Shown in pieces: positions 20,551 to 30,200 of a stretch of DNA of 64,000 bases; positions within the stretch are counted from its first letter, which is position 1, and the number at the start of each line of letters is the position of its first letter. The notes below the pieces were generated by a model. The model was given only the letters and a program-made list of their open reading frames with translations, was not told the origin of the DNA and ran no database searches. Source of the stretch: a bacterium (lineage in GTDB: Bacteria > Planctomycetota > Phycisphaerae > Phycisphaerales > SM1A02). Both the position numbers and the translations under genes were made by a program. The stretch is taken from contig JAPOKA010000007.1 in NCBI GenBank assembly GCA_029977865.1, positions 5-64,004 of the forward strand, written 5' to 3'.

Positions 20551-20572
20551 GCGGTCGAGGGCTCGATCGACG

Positions 20573-21781
20573 CTAGGAGAGCCGCCGACCTGCGGCGTCG
20601 CGGGCAAAGAGATGCGCCTTCGAGAGATCGATCGCGATCGCGGCCGTCGCGCGTTCGCGAAGTTCGGTGCCGGTTCCTTCGCATCGGCTGACGATCCTCG
20701 CGGCTCCCGCCGTGAGCACCAGATCGACGCGGTCCCCGTAGCGCTCGACCGCCTCGAGCGTGGCGGAGGCGATCGCGAGCGAAGCACCGGTCGTCGGAGC
20801 CGTGGTCGGCTTCACCGCATCCGGCCGCACGCCAAGGGTTGCCGGGACGGTCCGCGCCGTGCCGGCAGCGCGGCGGGCGATCTGGGCAAGCCGATCCGGA
20901 AGCGCGATCGAGAAGGTGTCGGCCGCGGCGGTGCCGGAGGAACCACCGACTGCGACGAAGGAGGCCGAGTCGTCGCCGAGGCGGACCTCGCCGTCGATGA
21001 GGTTCATCGCGGGCGTGCCGATGAAGCCGGCGACGAAGGCGTCTGCGGGCTGCTCGTAGATCTCGATCGGCGTGCCCTCCTGACGGATGACGCCGTCCTT
21101 CATGACCACCAGGCGATCGCCCAAGGTCATCGCCTCCTCCTGGTCGTGGGTCACGTGCACCATCGTGCCTCCGGTGCGGCGATGGAGCATCCGCAACTCC
21201 GCCCGCATCTCGAGCCGCAGCCGCGCATCGAGATTCGAGAGCGGTTCGTCGAGCAGGAAGACCGCCGGATCGCGCACCAATGCCCGCCCGAGCGCCACCC
21301 GCTGCCGCTGTCCACCCGAGAGTTCCTTGGGCTTGCGAGCGAGCAGGGTCTCGATCTCGAGGGTCTTCGCAGCCGCTTCGACGCGGGCGGCCATCGCGGC
21401 GATCTCCGCGCGGCGAGCCTTCGCATAGGCGGGTGAGACGAGGCTTCGCAGCAGGCTGGCGTGGCGACGGCGACGAAGCAGCGGAAACTCGAGGTTCTGC
21501 CGGACCGAGAGGTGCGGATAGAGCGCATAGCTCTGGAAGACCATGGCGATGTCGCGATCGCGGGCGGGAACGTCGTTCACGGTGCGTCCGCCGATCGAGA
21601 TGGTGCCGGAGGAGATCTCCTCGAGGCCGGCGATCATCCGAAGCGTCGTGCTCTTGCCGCAGCCCGACGGCCCCACCAGCACCACGAACGATCCGTCCGC
21701 GATCGAGAGATCGATGGCATCGACGGCCCGCACGCCGCCGGGGTAGATCTTCGAGACCGCTTCGAGCCTGACCTCCGCCAT
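20573..21781 (-). CDS. Carbohydrate ABC transporter ATP-binding protein (MalK/UgpC/MsiK-like), not adjacent to a permease
   Basis: Track ORF 20573..22837 trimmed to ATG 21781 ([13 protein letters not shown]). [33 protein letters not shown], plus a C-terminal MalK-type regulatory domain. Confidence 0.85.
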   Translation of the reverse strand: MAEVRLEAVSKIYPGGVRAVDAIDLSIADGSFVVLVGPSGCGKSTTLRMIAGLEEISSGTISIGGRTVNDVPARDRDIAMVFQSYALYPHLSVRQNLEFPLLRRRRHASLLRSLVSPAYAKARRAEIAAMAARVEAAAKTLEIETLLARKPKELSGGQRQRVALGRALVRDPAVFLLDEPLSNLDARLRLEMRAELRMLHRRTGGTMVHVTHDQEEAMTLGDRLVVMKDGVIRQEGTPIEIYEQPADAFVAGFIGTPAMNLIDGEVRLGDDSASFVAVGGSSGTAAADTFSIALPDRLAQIARRAAGTARTVPATLGVRPDAVKPTTAPTTGASLAIASATLEAVERYGDRVDLVLTAGAARIVSRCEGTGTELRERATAAIAIDLSKAHLFARDAAGRRLS

Positions 21782-21883
21782 GGGCAGAGAGGGTAGCGGC
21801 GTGGCGATCCGACTCGTTCGCGACGCCAGCCTCGCTCGGGCTGCGGCGACCCCGGTCCGCGTGCCGATGACTCCGCGAGTCCC

Positions 21884-22909
21884 ATGCCGGCGCCGACCTC
21901 CAAGCCCGAACCGCCCTTCGAACTGCCCGAGGGTCTTGACGCGCCCGAACTCGTGCGGGCGGCGCGGGAGTACCTGGGGTTCCTGAAGGTCGAGGCCGGA
22001 CTCAGCCGCGCCACGCTCGTGGCCTATCGCCGCGATCTCTCGGATCTCTTCGTCGATCTGGTGGAAGGGGGCCGAACCTCGCTCGCCGCGATCTCGGCCG
22101 AGGATCTCCGCGACCATCTGCGGCGGCTTGGCCGCGATCGAGGCCTCGAGCCGGTCTCGATCGCCCGGCATCTTGCCACCATCCGGACCTTCTTCCGATT
22201 CCTCTGTTCGCGGCAGCGGATCGCGGGCGATCCGGCGCGGTTGCTCGAACGTCCGACCACCTGGAAGAAGGTGCCCGGGGTGCTGACGCCCGGTGCCATG
22301 CGTCGGCTCGTCGAGATCCCATCGCCCGAGACCGGCCCGTTGTGGGTGCGCGATCGGGCCATGCTCGAACTCATGTACGCCGCGGGCCTGCGGGCGAGCG
22401 AGACCTGCGGGCTCAAGGTGAACGACTTCCACGCCACGCTTGGAAGCGTCAGCGTCATCGGCAAGGGATCGAAGCACCGCGTGGTGCCGATCGGCGAGCC
22501 GGCGATCGAGTGGACGCAGCGCTATCTCGACGAACTGCGCCCGCAGCTGGCCCGACACGAGGATCGCCGCGACGGCCATCGGCTGCTGCTCTCGGCGACC
22601 GGCCGGCCCCTCGAGCGCACCGGGCTCTGGAGAATCGTGCAGCGGCTCGCCGGCCGCTGCGGCCTCGCCGACGTGCACCCGCACACCCTGCGGCACTCCT
22701 TCGCCACCCACCTCGTCGGCGGCGGCGCCGACCTCAGAGTGGTGCAGGAACTGCTCGGGCACGCCGACATCGCCACCACCCAGATCTACACCCATGTCGA
22801 CCGCACTCAGTTGCGCGAGGTCGTCAAGGCCTGCCATCCGCGCGAGATGGCCGGCCGCATGAAGGTCGCGCGGCCCGCCCGCGGGCCCGCCGCGGATTCG
22901 GCCGCATGA
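21884..22909 (+). CDS. xerD: Tyrosine recombinase XerD
   Basis: [40 protein letters not shown] and [16 protein letters not shown] give the R-H-R-Y catalytic signature. Confidence 0.8.
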   Translation: MPAPTSKPEPPFELPEGLDAPELVRAAREYLGFLKVEAGLSRATLVAYRRDLSDLFVDLVEGGRTSLAAISAEDLRDHLRRLGRDRGLEPVSIARHLATIRTFFRFLCSRQRIAGDPARLLERPTTWKKVPGVLTPGAMRRLVEIPSPETGPLWVRDRAMLELMYAAGLRASETCGLKVNDFHATLGSVSVIGKGSKHRVVPIGEPAIEWTQRYLDELRPQLARHEDRRDGHRLLLSATGRPLERTGLWRIVQRLAGRCGLADVHPHTLRHSFATHLVGGGADLRVVQELLGHADIATTQIYTHVDRTQLREVVKACHPREMAGRMKVARPARGPAADSAA

Positions 22910-23520
22910 GCGAATCCCGCCTGGTGCTCCTGAGCGGTTTCGAGCCCTTCGGCGGCAGCGATCGCAATCCCTCCGCGGAACTGGCGAGCCTGCTTGCAGG
23001 CGCCACCATCGGGGCCTTTCGCGTCGAGACCACCACCTTGCCGGTGGTGACGGTGGAAGCGGGGGACGTTCTCTCGAGTTTCATCGATCGACTCGATCCC
23101 GAGTTCGTCATCGCCACCGGCGAAGACGGCGGCGCCTCCGCGATTCGGGTCGAGCGCCGCGCCGTCAATCGCCGCGACTTCTCGCAACCCGACAACTCGG
23201 GAACGCATCTGCGCGGCGAGGCGGTGATCGAGGGCGGTCCCGAGGCGCTGCTGACGACGCTTCCGGTCGACGCGATGATCGCGGCAAGCCGATCGAGAGG
23301 AGTCCCCGCCGAAACCTCCCTCTCGGCGGGGACCTACCTCTGCAACGAGGTCAAGTACCGCATCCTGCACCGGCTTCGCGACGAGCCTCATCGTCGCGGC
23401 GGGTTCATCCACGTTCCGCGACTCCCCGAGCAGTCGCGATCGCCGCGGGGCGCGGTTCCGATGCCGATCGAGCAGACCCTCGAAGGCATCCGGGCGATGA
23501 TCGCGGCACTCGCGGACTGA
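22906..23520 (+). CDS. pcp: Pyroglutamyl-peptidase I (C15)
   Basis: The ATG overlaps the xerD stop (ATGA at 22906). [19 protein letters not shown] (Cys nucleophile), GGFIHVP (His). Confidence 0.85.
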   Translation: MSESRLVLLSGFEPFGGSDRNPSAELASLLAGATIGAFRVETTTLPVVTVEAGDVLSSFIDRLDPEFVIATGEDGGASAIRVERRAVNRRDFSQPDNSGTHLRGEAVIEGGPEALLTTLPVDAMIAASRSRGVPAETSLSAGTYLCNEVKYRILHRLRDEPHRRGGFIHVPRLPEQSRSPRGAVPMPIEQTLEGIRAMIAALAD

Positions 23521-23695
23521 CCCTGCTCGGTCCGGATGGATCTTGGATCGTCGGCTCGGAGCACCTTGCCGCAAGTCGATTCGCGGGAAGCCCGGCGGCG
23601 CTAGACTGCGTCCCGCGCCGTCGCGAACGCCGTGCGATGGCGGCGCATCCTGTGAAGTCCTTGCTCGACTCGACCGCCGAAGGTGATCGACACCC

Positions 23696-24481
23696 ATGAC
23701 CGATCCCAGTCCCGAGTCCATCGTTCGCGTCGAGATCGACGGACCCGCCGCCCGCGTGGTGCTTGCCGATCCGGCACGACGCAATGCGCTGTCGCTGGCG
23801 ATGTTCGATGGGCTCGAGCGAGCTCTTGATCGGCTGCAGGCCGCTTCGGTGGTGGCGGCCTCCCTCGAGGCGGAGGGTCCTGCCTTCTGCGCGGGGTTCG
23901 ATCTCGCCGCGGCCGCCGAGCGGGCCGAGACCCTCGTCGAATTCGTGCGCCGGCTTGGCGCACTGGTGCGCTCGATCCGCCGCATGGAGACGGTGCTTCT
24001 CGCCGCGGTGCAGGGACCGGCGCTGGCCGGCGGGGCGGCGATCGTCTTTGCCTGCGACCTGCTGGCGGTGACCCCCGAGGCCCGGCTTGGCTACCCCGCG
24101 GTCCGATTGGGGATCTCTCCCGCGGTCAGTCTCCCCACGCTGCTGCCGGCGGTCGGCGGCGGCGAGGCGCGGCGGTTGCTCCTCTCGGGCGAGCTTGTCA
24201 ATGGTCGTGAGGCCATGAAACGCGGGTTCGCCGCGGGAATCTCCGAGAATCCGGAGTCGCTGCGGAAACTCGCCGCGGCGCTCGTGCGAAGAATCGCCTC
24301 CTCCGGGCCGCAAGCGGTCCGGGCCACCAAGCGCTGGTGCGGAGAAGACGAGGGAACCGACGAGGACTCGCTCTTCGAAGTGACCACCCGGGCGACGGAG
24401 TCGCTTGCCCTCGAGGCGGAGTGCCGCACGCGAATGATCGAGGCCCTCGCGGCCAGGCGATCGAAGGACCGAGACCGATGA
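23696..24481 (+). CDS. Enoyl-CoA hydratase/isomerase (crotonase) family protein
   Basis: DPARRNALS, GPAFCAGFDL and GPALAGGAAIVFACD are typical crotonase oxyanion-hole segments. Confidence 0.8.
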   Translation: MTDPSPESIVRVEIDGPAARVVLADPARRNALSLAMFDGLERALDRLQAASVVAASLEAEGPAFCAGFDLAAAAERAETLVEFVRRLGALVRSIRRMETVLLAAVQGPALAGGAAIVFACDLLAVTPEARLGYPAVRLGISPAVSLPTLLPAVGGGEARRLLLSGELVNGREAMKRGFAAGISENPESLRKLAAALVRRIASSGPQAVRATKRWCGEDEGTDEDSLFEVTTRATESLALEAECRTRMIEALAARRSKDRDR

Positions 24482-24867
24482 GCCCCAACACGCCGTGGAA
24501 TCCGGACCTGATGTTCACGACCTCCTCGGCGGTCGCCGAGGTCGCGAACGACTCGTCCTCCGCGTGGGTGGCTGCGCTTGCGATCGCGGCCGCCGTGGCG
24601 CTCGTCGGATTGGTGGTTCTGGCTGCGCGTCGTGATCGAGCCCATCGCCTCGAGAGCTTCCAGACGCTCGCGGTGCAGCAGGGACTGGCGCTGACCCGAG
24701 GCGGCTCAGGAGACCCGGCGGTTGCGTCGCTCGAGCGATCGGGAGATCGCGGCCGACCTGCCTCGGGACGTCGCCGCCGCGGTGGCGGATGGGATACGCC
24801 GGTCGTGCCCACGATCTCGCCGCGTCCGGTTCGTCCTGATCGCCATCGCGGTCGCCGCATCGGCTGA
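24478..24867 (+). CDS. Hypothetical small membrane protein; the 3' half is doubtful (see frame-mosaic finding)
   Basis: The ATG overlaps the crotonase stop (ATGA at 24478). TM helix AWVAALAIAAAVALVGLVVLAA. GC3 is high to about 24700, then drops to about 62 percent. Confidence 0.35.
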   Translation: MSPNTPWNPDLMFTTSSAVAEVANDSSSAWVAALAIAAAVALVGLVVLAARRDRAHRLESFQTLAVQQGLALTRGGSGDPAVASLERSGDRGRPASGRRRRGGGWDTPVVPTISPRPVRPDRHRGRRIG

Positions 24868-24955
24868 TCGCTACGCTCGTGGGATGAGTGCTGCGTTCGC
24901 GGAAGAGTCGAGGGCATGCTCGCGGTCGTGGGGTCCGCCAGGGTCGCGGCGATGA
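24722..24955 (+). CDS. Alternative-frame hypothetical ORF, mutually exclusive with the 3' half of 24478..24867
   Basis: +1 frame relative to the previous call. GC3 is about 78 percent over 24722-24866. TM-like VRFVLIAIAVAASA. Its TGA overlaps an in-frame ATG (24952) of the next gene as ATGA. Only TTG/GTG starts are available. Confidence 0.3.
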   Translation: MRRSSDREIAADLPRDVAAAVADGIRRSCPRSRRVRFVLIAIAVAASADRYARGMSAAFAEESRACSRSWGPPGSRR

Positions 24956-25872
24956 GTCGCTCGCCGCATCGCCTGCCGAAGATCGAGGAGCGAATGCCGC
25001 CGGCGACGACGCCGGAACGACCAAGCCCCGGTCCGCGCTCCGCCTACGACTGGCTTCTGGTCTTCACGGGGGTGGCATGGGCCCGCGAGGTGCGTCGCAG
25101 CGCCGCCCGTCGCCGTCGAAGCAAGTGGGACCGGGCCCGCGACGGTTGGGCACTGGTCTCGTTCGCGATCGCGCTGCCGACCGCGTGGTTGCTCGGCCAC
25201 GTCGTGCTGTGGTCGGGGTCGCAACCGATTGCCGAAGGCGTGGTGTTCGTTCCAGCTTCGCGCGGCGAGTCCGGCTCGGCCGCGAACCCGGCGCGGGCAC
25301 GCGAGGCGACCGCTCGGTGGGTTGGTACCGAGGCCGCCTCGCAGACCACACGAGGCACTGTGTTGGGCACCTTTCTCATCGAGCAGACCTCGGACTTCGG
25401 CGGCTGGCCGTTTGCCGGGCGCGTTCGGGTCCGGTCGCCGCAACTGCTGCTCTACGACCACGCCTCCGGTCGGGACGGACCGGTTCTCGATCCGCTCGGC
25501 CATGCCTACCTGCCCTTGATCACCGACGCGATCAAGCGGCTCGGATCGGTGGATCGAAAGGACGCCGAATTGATCGACTCGTCCACCAAGCTGCTTCAGG
25601 CGCTTGCCGATGGCGACACGCCAGCCCGCGAGCCCTTCCGCACCGAGGCCGGCGGATTGGCGGCGGACACCTTGATCGCGGGAACCCTGCTGCTGCTGGG
25701 CGGTTCAGTGGCGATCTCCCTGATGCAACTGCTTCTCTGGCTGGGTTCGGGAAGCGCCGAGGCTCGGCGCGAGCGTCTTCGCGGCCGCGGGCTCTGCCCT
25801 CGCTGCGGCCACGACGTCCGGGGAAGCGTGCTCAGCGCCCAGTGCCCGGAGTGCGGTGAACTGCTCTACTGA
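24916..25872 (+). CDS. Hypothetical membrane protein with a C-terminal CxxC..CxxC zinc-ribbon tail
   Basis: GC3-rich throughout (alternative ATG 24952). TM segments WALVSFAIALPTAWLLGHVVLW and LIAGTLLLLGGSVAISLMQLLLWL. Tail RGLCPRCGHDVRGSVLSAQCPECGELLY. Confidence 0.65.
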   Translation: MLAVVGSARVAAMSRSPHRLPKIEERMPPATTPERPSPGPRSAYDWLLVFTGVAWAREVRRSAARRRRSKWDRARDGWALVSFAIALPTAWLLGHVVLWSGSQPIAEGVVFVPASRGESGSAANPARAREATARWVGTEAASQTTRGTVLGTFLIEQTSDFGGWPFAGRVRVRSPQLLLYDHASGRDGPVLDPLGHAYLPLITDAIKRLGSVDRKDAELIDSSTKLLQALADGDTPAREPFRTEAGGLAADTLIAGTLLLLGGSVAISLMQLLLWLGSGSAEARRERLRGRGLCPRCGHDVRGSVLSAQCPECGELLY

Positions 25873-25963
25873 TCGGCACCAACTCGACTCCGAGATGGGC
25901 GACGCTTCGACTCGCCGTGCGACAAATCACTCTTGGCAGGCCTGGGCTGCAATACTTTCGGCC

Positions 25964-27733
25964 ATGTCTCGATCACCCGCTGCCTTGGCGTTGCTGACAG
26001 TCGCCGCCTCCTTCGCACCCGCCGTTGCGCTGCCCGCACCGCCGCACGCCGCGACCGGACGCGAGTTCATGGTCGCCGCGGCGCATCCGCTTGCCTCGCA
26101 GGCCGGGTCCGAGATCCTCGCCAAGGGCGGCAACGTGGTCGATGCCGCGGTCGCCACGAGCTTTGCGATCTCGGTGGTGAGGCCGCAATCGAGCGGCATC
26201 GGCGGCGGCGGGTTCATGGTGATCCACCTCGTCGATCGCGGGTCCTTCGCCCTCGACTTCCGCGAAACCGCTCCGGCGGCGGCGCAGGCCCGCGACTACC
26301 TCGACGCGGACGGCGCGGTGATTCCCATGCGCTCGACGACCGGTGCGTGGTCGGTCGCGGTGCCAGGCCACGTGCGCGGCATGCAGGCGGCGCTCGATCG
26401 CCTCGGCACCATGACCCTTGCCGAGGTGCTCGAGCCAGCGATCCGACTCGCCCGCGAGGGCTTCGCGGCCGATGCCATCCTCTCGAACTCGATCGCCGAC
26501 GCGGCCGAGCGCATCGATCGGTACGTGGCGATTCATCCCGACGAGACCGGCGAGTTCGAGGCCTTCCGCGCGACCTATCTTCCGAAGGGCCGACCACCGC
26601 GCGAAGGCGAGATCCTCACGCAGCCGGCGCAGGCGTCGACCCTCGAGACGCTTGCCCGCGACGGCTCCGATTCCTTCTATGAAGGCTCGATCGCGAAGGC
26701 GATCCTCGCGGCGATCGCGGATGGCGGCGGTCCCATGACCGCGGAGGATCTCGCCGCGTATCGACCGAAGTGGCGGCAACCGCTGTCGGCGGAACTTGCT
26801 GGCCGCTTCGCGGGCGACTCGAAACGAACCGTCATCTCGATGCCGCCACCTTCTTCAGGAGGCGCATGCCTGCTGCAGGCGCTCCTGGCCCTCGACGGCC
26901 TGCCGCGGCTCTCCGATCCCGAGGCCTCGCGGCGGCAGATCGAGGCGCTGCGGCACGCCTTTGCCGATCGCGCGGCCCTGCTCGGCGATGCCGACGCAAG
27001 CCCGGAGGTTTCGGCCGACCTCCTTCGCATGCTCGAAGCCGCCCACCTCGAACGGCTGCGGGCCGCGATCGTGTTGCCGCCGCGGGCGAAGCCGCACCGC
27101 TGCGGGCTCGGCGGGCTCGCCGGAGACGGCGCGGGTTCGAAGAGCGTTCCCGAGGACGGCGGCACCAGCCACTTCTGCGTGATCGACGCGGCGGGCAACG
27201 CGGTGGCGTGCACCGACACCGTGAACCTCGGATTCGGTTCGCTCGTCGTGCCGCCTGGCGCGGGGTTCGTCCTCAACGACCAGATGGACGACTTCGCGGT
27301 GCGTACCGATGTCGCCAACGAGTTCGGCCTGTTCATGTCCGAGCGGAATCTGCTGGCAGGGGGACGACGTCCGCTCAGCAGCATGACTCCGACGATCGTC
27401 GTCGAGGACGGCAAGGCGGTCTTCGTCGCCGGCGCCGCGGGCGGTCCGCGGATCATCAGCGCAACCCTCGCGGTACTGCTGGCGATGCTCGACGGCGCCT
27501 CGGCCGCCGAGGCGGTCGCGGCTCCTCGGGTTCACCACCAGTGGATGCCCGACGAACTGCTCGTCGAGCGGGGCGTTCTTCCTTCGCTGCGCGAATTGCT
27601 CACCTTGGCGGGTCACGCCGTTCGCGAGGAGCCGGGCGCGATCGCGGTCGCGCAGGCCGCGCGGCGGACACCCGACGGCTCCGTCGAGGGCGCCAGCGAC
27701 CCCCGCGGCGCCGGGCTGCCGGCGGGGCGATGA
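25964..27733 (+). CDS. ggt: Gamma-glutamyltransferase
   Basis: ATG 25964 with signal MSRSPAALALLTVAASFAPAVA. GIGGGGFMVIH, GGTSHFCVID (Thr nucleophile), PLSSMTPTIV, GAAGGPRI. Confidence 0.9.
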   Translation: MSRSPAALALLTVAASFAPAVALPAPPHAATGREFMVAAAHPLASQAGSEILAKGGNVVDAAVATSFAISVVRPQSSGIGGGGFMVIHLVDRGSFALDFRETAPAAAQARDYLDADGAVIPMRSTTGAWSVAVPGHVRGMQAALDRLGTMTLAEVLEPAIRLAREGFAADAILSNSIADAAERIDRYVAIHPDETGEFEAFRATYLPKGRPPREGEILTQPAQASTLETLARDGSDSFYEGSIAKAILAAIADGGGPMTAEDLAAYRPKWRQPLSAELAGRFAGDSKRTVISMPPPSSGGACLLQALLALDGLPRLSDPEASRRQIEALRHAFADRAALLGDADASPEVSADLLRMLEAAHLERLRAAIVLPPRAKPHRCGLGGLAGDGAGSKSVPEDGGTSHFCVIDAAGNAVACTDTVNLGFGSLVVPPGAGFVLNDQMDDFAVRTDVANEFGLFMSERNLLAGGRRPLSSMTPTIVVEDGKAVFVAGAAGGPRIISATLAVLLAMLDGASAAEAVAAPRVHHQWMPDELLVERGVLPSLRELLTLAGHAVREEPGAIAVAQAARRTPDGSVEGASDPRGAGLPAGR

Positions 27734-28167
27734 GCGAAGTCCGCCGCCGCTTCGGCGAACTTTGGGTCCAAGGCGATCCCGCCGCCGATCACCGGATGAT
27801 GGGACTGGTCCTTCCGATCTCGCTGGTGGTGCTGGTGTTCGCCTCGGTCGCGCTCGCGCGACGGCCAACTCGACCGCCGCTTCCGCTGGTGGTGGCGGTG
27901 CAGGTCCTGACGCTCGTGGTCGGATTTGGATTCGGCTTCAGCCTGGCCGCGGTCGAGTCGAGTTCTCTGCGCGATGGGTTGGCGGGACTGGTCGAAGCGA
28001 CCGCCTCGGTGTTCGCAGACGACGAAGCCTCCGGATGCGAGCGGGTTCGTCGCGCGTACGTCGAAGGGGTCGACGCGATCGAGGAGGGAGCCGAAGGCGT
28101 CGGGCTGCAGTCGCGGGTCCTGCGAAGCCTCGAGCAATCCTCCGACGAGGCGGTGCCGGGCTCCTAG
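27730..28167 (+). CDS. Hypothetical membrane protein (145 aa)
   Basis: The ATG overlaps the ggt stop (ATGA at 27730). Two TM helices (MMGLVLPISLVVLVFASVALA; LVVAVQVLTLVVGFGFGFSLAAV). Good GC3. Confidence 0.6.
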   Translation: MSEVRRRFGELWVQGDPAADHRMMGLVLPISLVVLVFASVALARRPTRPPLPLVVAVQVLTLVVGFGFGFSLAAVESSSLRDGLAGLVEATASVFADDEASGCERVRRAYVEGVDAIEEGAEGVGLQSRVLRSLEQSSDEAVPGS

Positions 28168-28221
28168 GACGAACCTCGGTTCGGCTGGCTTCTGCGACTC
28201 GAACTGCACCGACCGCCAACG

Positions 28222-29769
28222 ATGCATGAACCCGACTCCCAGACTCGCGATGCCGCCGAGCACTCCGAGCGAGGCTCCGATCCGCTCTCGGTCGCGGGTC
28301 TCGACCGGGATCTCTCGCGGCGATCGGTCCGGGGCGGCGCGTTCGTCATGGCCGGCCAGGGCGGCAGCATCCTCGTGGGTATCGCCTCCGCGGCGGTGCT
28401 GGCGCGGCTGCTCGATCCCGAGGACTTCGGCCTCGTCGCGATGGCGGGCGCGTTCATCGTGCTGCTCGGCGAGTTCGCGGATCTGGGCTTGTCGCAGGCG
28501 ACCGTCCAGCGCCGCGAGGTCACCACCGCGCAGGTCAGCACGCTGTTCTGGGTGAATGTGGGTCTTGGCGCCGCGGCCATGCTGATCGGGTTCGCACTGT
28601 CGTGGCCGATCGGGCTCTTCTACGAGGATGCCCGGCTCGGACCGGTCGCGGCAGCGCTCTCGATCGGCTTCTTCTTCTCGGGCGTGGCGGCGCAGCCGCT
28701 CGCGGTGCTGCGGCGCCGCATGCGCTTCGCCGCAGAGACCACCGTCACGCTGATCTCGCTTGCGGTGGGGCTCCTCGCCGCGATCGTGGCCGCCCTGTCG
28801 GGACTGGGGTACTGGTCGCTGGTGGTGCAGACCCTCGCCACCGCGGCGACACGCATGGCGGGAATGTTCATCGCGAGCGGCTGGATGCCGTCTCGTCCGG
28901 CACGCGCCGAGGGAATTCGCGAGATCCTGCGCTTTGGCGGCTACCTCTCGGGATCGAACCTGATCGCGGCGGTGATCCGGTCGATCGACAAGATCCTCGT
29001 GGGCCGCTTCGTCGGTGCGGACGCCGCGGGCCTCTACTCGAATGCCCAGCGGATCCTGCTCGCACCGGTCACGCAACTCAACAAGCCGCTCACCATGGTG
29101 GCCCGCCCGGCGCTGGCGCGATTGCAGGACGATCCCGAACGCTTTCGCGCCTACTACCGCCGCGGCATCGAAGTGGTCGCCTCCGCGAGCCTGCCCACCA
29201 TCGCGGTCGCGGTGATCATGGCGGGCGATCTGGTGCGGGTGGTGCTCGGCCCCGGCTGGGACGGCGTGGTGCCGATCTTCATGGCGCTGGCTCCGGCAGG
29301 CCTGCTCGCGACCCTTGCCGTCATCACCACCTGGGTCTACGTGCCGCTCGGCCGCACCGACCGCCAGTTCCGCTGGATCTGCCTGCAGTCGATCGGCGTG
29401 GTGGCCGGGATGGCGATCGGATTGCGCTACGGCGCCGTCGGTGTCGCCGCGGGGTACTCGATCGCAGTGGCGTGCCTGCGTGTTCCCGCCATCGCGTGGT
29501 GCCTGAAGGGAACCTTCGTGCGTTGGTCCGATGTGGGCTCGGCGATCTGGCGGCCGCTTCTTGCGACCGCAGTTGCCGCCGCTGCGATCCTTGCGGCGGG
29601 CGGCGCCATCGCTTCGCTCGAGGCTCCGTCGGCGCGGCTTGCCATCGGTGCGTTGGCATTTGCTGCGGTCTACCTCGTGTCCTTCCTCGCCCTCCCCGGA
29701 GGCTTCGCGCGGGCTTCCGCGATCGTGGCGATGGTGCGGCATCTTCGCCCGAACCCAGGGAACCGCTGA
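28222..29769 (+). CDS. Polysaccharide biosynthesis protein, Wzx/MOP-type flippase
   Basis: About 14 TM segments. GIASAAVLARLLDPEDFGLVAM..LADLGLSQATVQR..FWVNVGLG is the pattern of lipid-linked oligosaccharide flippases. Confidence 0.8.
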   Translation: MHEPDSQTRDAAEHSERGSDPLSVAGLDRDLSRRSVRGGAFVMAGQGGSILVGIASAAVLARLLDPEDFGLVAMAGAFIVLLGEFADLGLSQATVQRREVTTAQVSTLFWVNVGLGAAAMLIGFALSWPIGLFYEDARLGPVAAALSIGFFFSGVAAQPLAVLRRRMRFAAETTVTLISLAVGLLAAIVAALSGLGYWSLVVQTLATAATRMAGMFIASGWMPSRPARAEGIREILRFGGYLSGSNLIAAVIRSIDKILVGRFVGADAAGLYSNAQRILLAPVTQLNKPLTMVARPALARLQDDPERFRAYYRRGIEVVASASLPTIAVAVIMAGDLVRVVLGPGWDGVVPIFMALAPAGLLATLAVITTWVYVPLGRTDRQFRWICLQSIGVVAGMAIGLRYGAVGVAAGYSIAVACLRVPAIAWCLKGTFVRWSDVGSAIWRPLLATAVAAAAILAAGGAIASLEAPSARLAIGALAFAAVYLVSFLALPGGFARASAIVAMVRHLRPNPGNR

Positions 29770-29801
29770 CCTCGCGATCGGTCGGTGCCGCGGGCTGGGC
29801 T

Positions 29802-30188
29802 CTAGTGGTGCGAAGGACTTTCGGCAGTCGATGCATCCGTCCGAGTCGGGTCGCTGCCGCCTTGCTCGGCTTCGAGGATGGCCACGTGGCGAACCAGCAC
29901 GGTGAGCTCGCGGCGGACTCGCCGCAGGCGCACGTAGACCAGCAGGAATCCCCAGAAGACCGCGAGCACGAGGAGGTAGAGCAGGAGGTCGGCACCGCGA
30001 TGGATGCCCAGCGCATTGGCGACGGTGGTGACGCGATCCGGCTCGATGGCCGCCAGCCCGCCCACCACGAACGCGGCGACCCAGCAGAGTCCCGCGACAC
30101 GACCGAGGCGGCCGGCCACCACCGCCACCGTCGCGAGCGCCGCAAGCGCTGCGAAACTCGACACGAGGATCCACTGGAAGGGCGTCAT
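29802..30188 (-). CDS. DUF2304 family small membrane protein (usual GT2 partner)
   Basis: 128 aa with 4 TM segments. ALGIHRGADLLLYLLVLAVFWGFLLVYVRLRR is characteristic. It lies 12 nt downstream of the GT2 gene on the same strand. Confidence 0.75.
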   Translation of the reverse strand: MTPFQWILVSSFAALAALATVAVVAGRLGRVAGLCWVAAFVVGGLAAIEPDRVTTVANALGIHRGADLLLYLLVLAVFWGFLLVYVRLRRVRRELTVLVRHVAILEAEQGGSDPTRTDASTAESPSHH

Positions 30189-30200
30189 GGCGAACTCGGA

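Noticed and set aside
21884-22909. Tyrosine recombinase as a marker of an integrated mobile element or genomic island.
   Set aside because: The sequence has XerD-type hallmarks (AYRRDL, full RHRY set). No att-like repeats, tRNA, phage or transposase genes flank it, and the neighbours are housekeeping genes.
27613-30174. 853-aa minus-strand ORF.
   Set aside because: It is antisense to the membrane protein and Wzx flippase genes, with an Arg/His/Asp-rich shadow composition.
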